A DNA stretch of 63,839 nucleotides, the filler included, from Choristocarpus tenellus KU-1152 (taxonomy: Eukaryota > Protista > Phaeophyceae): the NCBI GenBank assembly GCA_964200185.2. It is 11 parts of 11 records of this genome, joined end to end, with 100 filler letters (N's around TTAATTAATTAA, not from the genome) between each part and the next. Parts side by side here need not be neighbours in the genome. Positions count along the whole stretch, not along the records: positions 11,533 to 17,931 come from CAXNAD020008217.1; positions 18,032 to 22,901 come from CAXNAD020012717.1; positions 23,002 to 30,776 come from CAXNAD020005599.1; 8 more parts are not named here. One strand, 5' to 3'. Below are positions 13,102 through 24,520 of the stretch, one piece after another. Numbering within the stretch: the stretch's first letter is position 1; each line of letters starts with the position of its first letter. Below the pieces are notes generated by a model, which saw nothing but the letters and a program-made list of their open reading frames with translations, had not been told where the DNA came from and did no database searches. The translations under genes and the position numbers were made by a program.

Positions 13102-13544
13102 GAGTGAAAGTATGTTAGAGGGTACGAGTTTTGCCCTGTTTGTCCATTTGGGGCTTGGCTTCCCATGGGTTCTTTTATGACATTTTCCTACTCCAAAAAA
13201 GTTTTGAGTAGGAAAAATGTATACGTTATGAAAAAGTGTATCTAGAACAAGGGTATTGACACTTACTAACAAATATGATAGCCAAAATTACATCAAAATA
13301 GCAACATTGGATTTTGGCCCCCAAATGGACGCGGCTCTACTACCCTCTAAGGTACTTTGGCTCTTAAAGAGCATATTTGTTAGTAAGTGTCAATACCCTT
13401 GTTCTAGATACACTTTTTCATAACGTATACATTTTTCCTACTCCGAAACTTTTTTGGAGTATGTAAAATATCAAAACCCGTGAGCAGCCAAGCCCTAAAT
13501 GGACAAATAGGGCAAAAATTGTACCCTTTAAGATACTTTCACTC
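13102..13544. mobile_element. MITE family A full copy (13102-13363, TSD TTAA) plus adjacent inverted partial copy (13372-13544)
   Basis: TTAA flanks both ends of the full copy. The second copy is the reverse complement of the first ~170 bp. Confidence 0.88.
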
Positions 13545-14220
13545 AATAAAAGGTACCTACCTCACGTCTTTGCCTTGGAGCACCTGTCTTTGCTGTCACC
13601 TGATGCTACACAATAGGCAGGTGAACGTCCCTCAGAGGTATTTCGTTTGGTTTTGCGCTCAGAATTCCTCGACCAATGATGCTCACTAACTGCAGTCTGG
13701 CTCTGTTTGCTCCTCTGTTCGCACTTATTGTTCCTAGTGTGATTTGCTCCCTCCTGAGTTGTGAGGGAGAGGAATGTATCATGGGAAAATTGTCCTGAGA
13801 AAAAATGAACCTTTTTCAATCTACTTCATGCCATTTGAAACTGGCAATGTGACGAGAGTGTCGTTCAACACATAGCTGGGCGCATAGGGGTATATCACTG
13901 TAAGGATTTCCCTTCATTTAACCTTTAATTTGTAGAGGGTCCTCTTTTTTTCCGCGTAGCCCCCCTGGTTCACCCAGACACCTCTTCTGCTGTTCTTTTT
14001 CTCCTGATGCTGCTGGAGCACATGGGCTACTAAGTAGTAGAGAAGGCTCTCTCCTCTAGGTGTGTGTATCTGTTTGTGTAAAAGGACATCTAGTCGAACC
14101 TGCTATGATAACCTGAAATGGATATCTGAGTAACTGTGGGTTCTAAAAGTAGCTTCGACCTTTCATTTTGCTCAAAGGGAATTTTGAACTATTAGTGAAG
14201 ACGTCACACATTGGAGGGTC

Positions 14221-14470
14221 TGTTACAGCGTGCCCCTCAGAACTCACCTCCACAGGATGTACAACTCAAATCCAAGGACCTTCAAACGACGCTATGGGGG
14301 CGTTGTCCTTGATAACAGTTTGTAGGGTGTCAGGTGTCCTTCTCTTCTTGATATTCCACTCAGTGCTTAGCTCAAAGCTCGACACTCAAAGTTTCATTCA
14401 AGATAAAAAGATATGACTGAAGGTAAAAAGGGTTGATCGTTTGACCAAAAGCCCTCTTATTATTTTCATT
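14221..14470 (+). repeat. ~250-bp dispersed repeat, possible solo LTR (second copy ~34656-34885)
   Basis: Both copies start TGTTACAGC and share CAGAACTCACCTCCACAGGATGT...TTTGACCAAAAGCCC...TTATTATTTTCAT. No clean TSD was found. Confidence 0.6.
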
Positions 14471-17400
14471 ATCCACCCAATTTCTTTGGTCTTCTATACA
14501 ACTGCTCTACACGTACTCCAATCATAAACCTTTATTCTGCAACCTCTTAGGGACTTTGACAAATGTTACGTATGCATTCCGAATCTTACTCTGTATCTTC
14601 TATGAAATCATTTATTCTGTATGGCTACCTATGTGTTACTAATATGGTATATTGTTCGCACTTGTTAGAACGCGAGAAACAATACTCGCACCATACGTCT
14701 ATCACAAATGTTTGTGTTTGCTAAGGCATGGGAAGAAATGCTCATGCTATTCGCGTGCAACAAATGCTCGCACTTCGTTGGAACACAAGAAGAAATGCTC
14801 GCGCTATTCGCCTGTAACAGATTCAGTCACAACTGGCATAAATCATATCACGTTATCAAGTCAACCATCCCCTCAACGTTGTATTATTACTGTCAAAATT
14901 GTTGAGTAGAAAAGAGTAACAGGGATGTTGGGATTTTCGAGCAAGTTATCCACTTTTTTCAAGGGGGGGGCCGTACTACTCATTGTCATTCAGAACACGA
15001 AGAAAGCAGTGAGTAGGCGTATCGATCAGTCTCAGAAAGTGTTTTTTTGGGTGCTCAAAAACACTACCATTATTTTAACATTTTTATCATGTTGCCATGT
15101 GTGCCAAAAAAATAGTTAGTTGAAATGGTGACTTTCAAATACATTCACAAGAGCATGTTGCATAAACAATTCAGGGATGAAGTCACATAGTAGACACAAG
15201 TGTTAATATGTTGTACAAGTCGTCTTCACCTACATGTCCAAAAGGTCCTACTCTTCACAGAGAATCCGATGGTGACCGTCCTCCACTCTGATCCGTCGTT
15301 CAGGAGGATACTATTTGACCGAGTGTAAGCATTGTCACAGTTGGTAATGCGTCTTTGAAGTACGTGTACAAGTAAAATATTCACTGTTATTTCGAACGAT
15401 TTAAAATATTTAATAGCAGAAGACCCTCAGTCAATAAACGGTTAAAATCGAAGATCGACCCTTCTCAAAGGATAAAGGGATTAAGAATCGGAAGAGTCTA
15501 CTGTTGTTTCCCGGAAAAAATGTGTTGAACATTAGGTTCTAGCACCCGGCCACAACTACTATTATTCGTAATTACTTCCTCATTGTTTGGAAGAATAGAG
15601 TCACCATGACTCTAAGTTATTAGTTCGTAGAGACCCAAATCACCCAAAAGTTACGGTTGTGGAGATTGATCTATCTATACCGGATTTTGCGTCGATTTGA
15701 AAACTTAGAAGAGTGAAGACAAAATGGAGCGCTTGTTCAGAGTAGTGTATAAACTAAGAACCATCTCCTTCACACCTTTCTTCTAGTACGAGCGATACAG
15801 TAATTGTCCAGTTGAGGTGACAAGGTGGGAGCAACCTGGTTCAAGCTCCCAGAGAACAGTGTAGGTTCCTACGTCTCCTTGGTGAGTCATTGTCAATCTC
15901 TGAAGTCGAGGTAGATTCCAAGTCGTTAGATCGTTGCTCCTTAATAGGCCACTATTTTTGCAGGTTGCGTTAATTTTTTCCGGTATACCTACAATGGCAC
16001 AAACCTTCAGTAATGAGGAGACTGCTTTCTGAGGACTCTCAGAGGATATCAGATAGTTTTTCTTGGTCCTTCATTCCTCTGTGACCACGCTATTTCCCTG
16101 GTGTTCTCCTCTACGTTGGGTCATATGGTCCTTTTTGTACTCGTTTGCCCTTCCTGAAATAGACATCGTAACGTGAGATCTATCGATTGTATGGTACTGA
16201 GAACGAATGTCCTTACCCCGCTCATCTCGCCTTGCAGTTTGCAAGTTCAACCTCCTGATCCGTTGTCGGGCTGAAGGGATACCATGGAGGATGAAGCCGA
16301 AGTGGTGGGTGAGACATACCAGTATGAAGGCCAGCAAATGGAGGATGCTGAAGCAGATTTAGACACAGGGTATGGCGACGAAGCGGTTGAAGAACCTGCT
16401 GACGACGTGGATAAGATGGGAATATTGGTCGATGAAGTACAGTCGCGCTACGATGCTGACCTCACGCAGGCAGCCCAAGCGCTCAGCAAACGTCTCATCC
16501 CCCTGCGAGGGTTCGGGATAAATTCAATAACCAGATTCCACCCTGGTCCAGTTCTGGACCCGATCCGAATCCTCGCCATCATGCAGACGATCGCGCAATG
16601 GGTGATTCCTATCGGCCTCATCAGCCACACCCTCAGGACAGACCAGGACAACCTCTGCCCCATGTGAGTTGAGACGAGACACGCCGATACTTGCGTCGTT
16701 ACTGTACGGATTTGGCACACCTGGAGGCAATGTCGACTCTATACTCATGTTATACTTGTGCAGAAGATTGGTCAGACCCTATTTTGCTTCTCACCTCCTT
16801 GTGCATCTTTTCGTTTTTGTGGTTATCGCTCCGAAATATTAATCCTATCCCTGACAAGTGGCACTCTATCATAACATTGTTCAACAACACCAGCACATGG
16901 TAGATCATGAATGGGAGTTCTCTTCCTCAGCATACAATCTAGAGTACTACCTCTGAGAGTACTACATCTGCGTGAAATCGTTCAGGCTGTACGTGGACGA
17001 GGACGCTTGGCGGTACAGTTCGAAGTCAGAAAATAGATATTTATTTAAAATGGCTGAAATCATTGCGCTAAATTTGGACACGCTGATAAGCCAATGCTAA
17101 GAACAACGCAGTACTTCTGAGTACATAATAGTACTATTATATTTCGAGTGAGAAAAAAAGCATTGTTTTAACGCCAATATGCAGGACAAGTGTACCTCTA
17201 TTTGAATTCTTGATGAGAAACCATGTTGTGCGCCCCAAACAGTTACGGGTTAGTATCTGAACAGTGTAGAGAAGATGGCAGTGATTGGTGGACAACTCAA
17301 TTAGTTCAGCTGACTAAATCGACTTTTTAATGTTAGTTAGCCGAAGTAGGGTAAAAGTTGGGAATCCAGTAGCTCACGTTGCGAAATTATTCCTAATCTC

Positions 17401-19424
17401 CCTCTGTATTTTTGACTTTATTTTGAGAACACGATTAAACATGTGGGAAGCTTTCAGTTGTTGAACACTGAACAACCCCACTATGTACACACAACAAACC
17501 ACCCTCACCTCTCAATCAATCTGTAAGCAAACTTCTGTTCCCCAGAGATAGTGTTAGCTTTTGTTGCGGGCAAGGAGTGGTGATGAAGTATATCATTTTT
17601 TCTTTACAGTCGAGCAGGCTGCAATAAATCCTATGGTCAGACAACTTAATTATTTGGAAGATTCAGCAACGACCTATATGTTTTGCTGGTGTGAAAACAA
17701 ACTACCTGATCAGTGGTTTGTTGGTTGACGTGGACATTGGTGTTGGAGACGTTGCTTTTTTTCCAGTGTTAGATATATTTTTTTGAGCAGGTTCTGTATA
17801 CTCTTGCACGTTGATGCTCTTTGGTACACCTTTCTTTTTTTATGTAATATATTTAAAAATGATTTCCCCCCCCTCTAAATGTAGCCTTGGAGGTGATACA
17901 AATCTTTGCATTTTGTGAGGTTAAACCCCCCNNNNNNNNNNNNNNNNNNNNNNNNNNNNNNNNNNNNNNNNNNNNTTAATTAATTAANNNNNNNNNNNNN
18001 NNNNNNNNNNNNNNNNNNNNNNNNNNNNNNNCTCAAAAGTATCTGGGGGAGGTGGTTTGGGAGGGGGCGTTCGTTTCGGTCAAACCAATCTTTTTTTGCT
18101 GACATTTCAAATCCGACATGTGCAACCAAATCACACCAAAAAAGTGAAAATCGAAAAAAGGGCGAAAAACTGATGCTGACACCCCCCCCCCAGATACTTT
18201 GACTCAAATGTAATCTACCGTTGTAAGCAGTAGTCCTTTATTCACAAGGTTGTTTCAAATTTGTACGCAGGGTGGTTCAGGAGTTACGGTTAATCATTCC
18301 CCTCCCCCACTCTTTATATTGGTGTACTCTTCTTCACCTCCATATTTTTCAGTATGATGCTCTCGCTGAGTCCCTTTCTCTTAACTATCGCATCTCATTT
18401 ATAACCATCATATCGCCGACAATACATCGAACTCATAAGAACCAGACCAAAAACGTGTGAGAAATTCCCTTCATTTCGTGGTGAAACAAACTCTCCTTCA
18501 TTAAGTGTCTCCTGTTCTCAGGAGAAAAAAGATAGAGCAAGGGTATTCAACGTGGCAAGGGACAGCTCCTTGCAACAGTTTGATGTGAAGCATCCTGAAA
18601 CACATGTCCTTGGCATCACCTGGGAGAGCAATAGCACCGCCATGCCCCATGATTCAACCGAGGGCATGCACTCCTTGGAACTGCACACCAACAAGAGAGT
18701 GTGCCACCTGAATGCACAGTCAATAGCATGCTCAGAGGTACTGCACACAAACCACTCACATCACTACAAGTCTTGTACATCCTCCATTGACACATGCTTC
18801 TGAATCACCATGCCATCTTCACTGTTCACCAACAAAGCTTCAAAAACATTACATATGTTGTAACCCGAGTGGTAACAGGGTACAAATTGGGACAGATGAG
18901 GATGACGCAAAGGTCAGGGAGAGATTGACCCCAAATGGACAGCCGCCACCCCCCCCCCGAGATACTTTGAGCCACCATACAGATCATGAGTTTGCATTCA
19001 CCACATGACCAGCAACCTTCTGGTTCAGTTAGGCCGAGAGAACTGGAACAAAGTACACCCGAGGACGATCGTTGGTGATGATGGACAACAGGCTTGCCCA
19101 TGCAGCTATGACTTCTACAACAGGCGCAAAGGATAGAGCTCCAAAAAGTCTACATTCCAGAGCGCTATTGATATGATGGGACTTCCTCCTGTTAGTTATG
19201 GTGCAAGGCCACACCTAGCTCTTCAATAATATGACAACATGACTAGCTGTACAAACATGCACGCTTGATACCACTCTTGATCCACGTTCATCCTGTTGTA
19301 TACACATAAACCAGTTGTGCGGGTTTTCAAGGCCTTGGCAGAGAGTAGGAAGGATTGGGTATCACCAGGATAGGAGGTACTGGGAAGAACTGGAATAGAA
19401 ATCAACCCCGAAGGGGAGGGGAGG

Positions 19425-19780
19425 TCAAGTTCGGGCGGGGTAGATCTCTTCTAGTTCAAAGGCACGGTATGAAGTGGATAATGAAGGGGTGTTTATGGAT
19501 GATTGTGGAGCGGTGTGGAGTTGAGTGGAGCGGTAACTGGTGTGGTGACTGGAAATCAGTGGTGAAGGGGGTTCACTCTGGTTGGTCATCATACATGGGC
19601 ACTGACTAGAAATCGATGGAGAAAGGAGATTGCATTGGCTGGTTATCGCATGGGGGGGGCGAGTAGAAGTCAGTGGCAAAGGGTTTGCACTGGTTGGTCA
19701 TCAAATGTGGGGGATGACTGGAAATCAGTGGTGAAGGGGGTTCGCACTGGTTGGTCATCAGAGGTGGCTGGAAATCAAGC
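19425..19780 (-). repeat. Same dispersed tandem-unit repeat (copy 2)
   Basis: TCTTCTAGTTCAAAGGCACGGTATG box followed by repeated CACTGGTTGGTCATC / CTGGAAATCAGTGG units. Confidence 0.75.
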
Positions 19781-19806
19781 ACAAATTTTTTTTAACCAAG
19801 AGAGAT

Positions 19807-20365
19807 ACATTTCACTTTGCAAAACATCGCTCATCAGCCAGAGACTCTGCAATTGCTGTGACCAGGAATCAACACACACTATCAATATGAACATAACTTG
19901 ATTTTCCAGATCATTGCAGAAGTAACACGAAAGTGGAACATAAAAAATGTAATCATACATAAATGAAAAAGGACTGCAACATGAATAATAGGGTTAGGGA
20001 TGAAAACAATCTGCATCAGTGTACTATATGTAGAAATACGTAAACTATCCAACCATCCCAGTCCATGCCTAGAATTAAGAGGGAACAACAGTACACAACA
20101 ACTCCAAATAACTTAACAGCCTCAAGCAACCAAAACATTATTATAAAATCTGCAGCTGTGTGCTCCAAACCACACAAAAATTCAATACAGTTCGCTTTGC
20201 AAAACATTGCTCATCAGCCAGAGACTCTGAAATTGCTGTGACCAGGAATCAACATACACCATTCACATGATCATAACTCGATTCTCCAGATCATTGTAAG
20301 AACAGATACGAAAGTGGAACATAAAAAATGCAATCATACAAAAATGAAAAAGGTCTGACATGAAT
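19807..20365 (+). repeat. Local direct duplication of ~175 bp (19807-19985 and ~20190-20365)
   Basis: CTTTGCAAAACAT(C/T)GCTCATCAGCCAGAGACTCTG...GAAAGTGGAACATAAAAAATG...CATGAAT occurs twice. Confidence 0.85.
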
Positions 20366-20483
20366 GAAACCAAATATGAAAACTAAGTGTATCAAGTCTA
20401 TCCTTTTGGCAACATGCATCTCTGACAACAAACCTGCACCAAAATGACATGCCTCCAGTACGCCTGCAAAACCTCAAACCCTG

Positions 20484-22552
20484 CTAACATCCTGAAGAAA
20501 ACTGTGCATTCCAGCCGTTGATGTTGTGATTGCTTACCCACACCATCCCTCCCCCACCATCCTCAAGCAGTGTCATGACATCCTCAAAGCGAACATCTGC
20601 CTCTCCTTGCTGACGCCTTTTCTCCTTTTTCACCTCCTGCTTGGTCATGAACTCCTTCAGATCCTCGTATGATTTCCGAATACAAGTTTGAACTCCAGCT
20701 TCCACGCTCCCCTCACCGTCCAGCATTTGTTGAAGAGCTTTGTTATCCAGTGCAGTGTCCAGGATTTCAACACCAAGTTCCTCCTTAAAGTTGTTTAGGA
20801 GATTACTCGCAGGTATCTCTACCCCACTGGCAGCCTTCAAAGTCGCTGCAACAATGACCGCTGTCACCTGGGTGGACAAAATTTTGAACTTAGTTTTGCC
20901 ATACGGTATTGAAATGTCAATTACTGTAAGGAATGTTTAAACAGCCTGGCACTTGCCAATGAGATTAATTAAATTCTAATCAAAAAACAATTAAACCTGA
21001 TTCTACTCAAATGTTTTACCCAAAAGACACTGGTCTTGCACAGCACTCGAGCACCAGCTGATATATACCCCCAACAATATGCCATCTCACTACACATACT
21101 TATGGTGAGATATACTAACCAGCCCTAATAATGCTGTAACATTTACACAGGGCAGATGTGGAGGCTACAAAATATTTTACTATATGCAAGCAATGAAGTG
21201 AGGGCAAATACAACACCAAACAGAGTCAAATGAGATATGTGACACTAAAGACTACTAGCGTATCTATTTTACAAAGAGTATCCACGGCGGCTAGCAGGAT
21301 TGCTTACCTGCATAACAGGGTAAAGCTTCGTCACCCATTCTCGAGCACCACGGAAGGGATACCCCCTACCATCGAGACCACATGGTACTACATTGCCATC
21401 GTAAGGGCACAAGAAGTGAAGTCGCCTCGCTTTGCTTACCAATCCTTTTGCACGATTCACTACCCTCTGAGCCCTTTTTTTGAAAGGGTTACCAACAGCA
21501 GCAGTCTCTCTCTCCTCATCACAAATAAGTATGAGGCTAGGAAATGGGTAGTCCTTAGCTCGCATGGCATTGAGCTTCACCATGCTACCCTGAACACTCC
21601 TTGCCATACTGTCCAATTGCTCTCCTAGCAACTCTATTCTCTCCATGACTTTATCATTTCCTTCAATTACTTTTGTCTACATGCTCCTGCAGCGACTCTA
21701 TTCTCTCTATGACTGCATCGTCTCCTTGAACAGTTCGTGGATCATCTACCCTTTTCCATAGAAGAATCCCTGGGAAATGGTCTTCGAACAGCTGCTCTAT
21801 CATATCTGACAGCTTTGCCTCACAAGAAGTAACATCATTAGACCATGGCTGACCCATCACATGAAACTCAATGCATGCCTCTCTGTTTGGCATAGTGCAA
21901 GGGCGCAGGTGCAGCAGTACCTCAGGTCCCCCCCCATCCTAAATGAAGCTCCATACCTCCAGCACACATGGAGTTGCAGACCATGCTGGATGCACCTAAC
22001 CATTAGCAACCCAAGTACACCTGCTGGCATATAAGATTGTGACAAAAGATAAACGCTTTCGAGCCGCCAGTGATTGCTTGGTAAACCAAACTTTTTCAGG
22101 TTTCCTATATTGATGGAGATAGGAAGGCGTACCATCACCAATAAGTTAAGCTCGTTGTCCAAGGCACTTCTGTCCTCATTCTGCGCAAGGGCAGAGGAAG
22201 CTGAAGTGCTCTCAAAAATAGCTCTATACTCCGACATAGTACGTACAAGTCGTTTGAAGGCAACCTCATCCTTATCCGCATCCAAATCACGCCACGAAAA
22301 GCGTAAATAGCCTACAGTCAGCATCCCCGTAGCACAAAATTTGTCATGGACGCGCCTAAGCTTACAAAAATCAACACCGGGACGGCAATCAAATTCCATG
22401 AGCTTTTCTATCCAATAGGACTCCTGTGTTGGGTCTGCCAATCTGTGGTCCAAGATTGCTCGCAGAGGCTTGTTCAACCAAGCTGGGTCAAGATATAGTA
22501 CACCACATAACAGCAGGAATGTTCCCTCAGTCTGGTTCAGTTCAACCGCATC
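20484..22552 (-). pseudogene. 3' part of a ROCO-family LRR-GTPase (COR domain and C-terminal region) with two frameshifts
   Basis: Exon 22552-21308 reads VLYLDPAWLNKPLRAILDHRL...VMVRLP...YMPAGVLGLLMVR...CWRYGASF...FEDHFPGILLW...RLHFLCPYDGNVVPCGLDGRGY. The last exon 20867-20484 ends ...GGGGMVWVS...*. This resembles brown-algal ROCO proteins. Frameshifts fall at a C8 run (~21928-21935) and a T4 run (~21671-21674). Confidence 0.8.
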
Positions 22553-22825
22553 CTGCAAAAGCAGCACATATTTGGTTGTGTGTACACAAAAAAATGGAAA
22601 AAATAAATTGGAATGCTTTACAGTGTCTGATCTTTACAATATGGAAGCACAAATAGTACCCTACAACATTTTACAAATTCAAAAGTTGCACAATCAAACT
22701 CAAAAAGGAAAAAATAAGATGACAGCCACATCAATTCTCTAGTTGTCAAATGCCTCATTGACCTATGAAATATGCACCAAAGCATCTACTACTAACATTT
22801 TATCGTTCGTTCCAAAGATATATAT

Positions 22826-22856
<31 letters not shown>

Positions 22857-24183
22857 GGAAAGATATAAGAGGGAGGGGGGCCATTTTTTTTTTTTAAAAA
22901 ANNNNNNNNNNNNNNNNNNNNNNNNNNNNNNNNNNNNNNNNNNNNTTAATTAATTAANNNNNNNNNNNNNNNNNNNNNNNNNNNNNNNNNNNNNNNNNNN
23001 NCAACTCACCCAAAAATCGCGAAATGAAAAAATTGACCCCAAATGGACAGCCCCCACCCCCCCCCAAGATACTTTTGACTCTCGACCATTCCAAACTTCT
23101 AACCTCACCAAGTGATACTCTTGTTTTTGTTCTCTCGTAAAGCAATATATGGGGTGCACTTACGGAAACAGGTCTGGCTCTTTAGATGTATCAAGCGATC
23201 TCGGTAGTGATGTCTGTCATGAATTTGTATTAAAGGAACCAGCTGATATATCTTGTATTGCAGATAACCCTTCCGAATTTATTGTAGCACATAATGTACC
23301 ATACGTGTTACATGTTTAGTACTCTCACCTGGATACGTTGCTTGGACAATGATGTTCACCCTTTAAGCAAGTACTAATGGAAACCTTTGGGTAATGCAAA
23401 CAACCTCGATTTCTCAACCCCTCCTTGATCATGTTCACATAACCACTTGCATTATCGGATGCATAAATGTTCGCACCAAGTCATCACATCTTGCACCAGG
23501 ACTTTACATTCACTGCAGGTTCAAAAAGGATTTTTATTAAACATCTTATTTCCTTTGTCTACTTGTGCATGCCCTGTAGTGATGTAATTTAAAACTGCTT
23601 GCCTGTGGAACAGGGCAATATCCCATGGTGTGCTTTCAGTAGGCGCCAAATGCCAATCTTCATGATACCTTTGTGACCACTCCATCAATTATGTACTCCA
23701 AGCATATTGTTACCACTTGTAACCCCTAACCTAACCTGAAAAACCTATCCTATGATCTAGATGACACTTCATTCATAATCAATCGTACCACTAATGCTTC
23801 TATACAATGTATCAGCAGGGAAGCACCATATCGCCCTGTTGTGTTGCTTCCCCTTTCAACCCAGTACGCTCAACTCTAGGTCAGGTGTGTGTATTTATAT
23901 ATATATATATCGGTTCTTATCCAATAGATACAGACTACCCAATCACCCTCTCTGAACGGACAGTATATCCTGCTAACAATAGCTCTATCACCAACTCAAG
24001 GTTTTAGAGTCCTGTATCTCTTTATTACGCGAGAAAGGTCATAGGAAAAATCAAAAATGGTTCTACAGAGAGGTCAGTGACCCACTGTAGATGCAATGGA
24101 CCATACGCACTCTCAGCATGTGTACCTTGTGTCGTCAAACACACTAGTGAAGGCATGTACTGCACAGCTCACACACAACTGAT

Positions 24184-24440
24184 GAGCCAAAGTATCTTAG
24201 AGGGTGAGCCGCGTCCATTTGGGGGCCAAAATACAATGTTGCGATTTCGATGTAATTTGGGCTATCGTGTTTGTTAGGAAGTGTCAATATCCTTGCTCCG
24301 GACACATCTTTTCAGAACGTATAAATATTACCTACTCCGAAACATTTTGAAGTAGGAAAATGTCATAAAAAACCTGAGGGAAGCCAAGCCCCAAATGAAC
24401 AAACAGGGAAAAACTTGTAACCTCTAAGATACTTTCACTT
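24184..24440 (-). mobile_element. MITE family A full copy, TSD TGAT
   Basis: Same TIRs in opposite orientation, with TGAT at 24180-24183 and 24441-24444. Confidence 0.9.
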
Positions 24441-24520
24441 TGATGACACTCCATGGTGCCTAGAAACCCATAGATTAGATCTACACAGGCTGTAATAGCA
24501 CGCATCCAAACACTTCTCAG

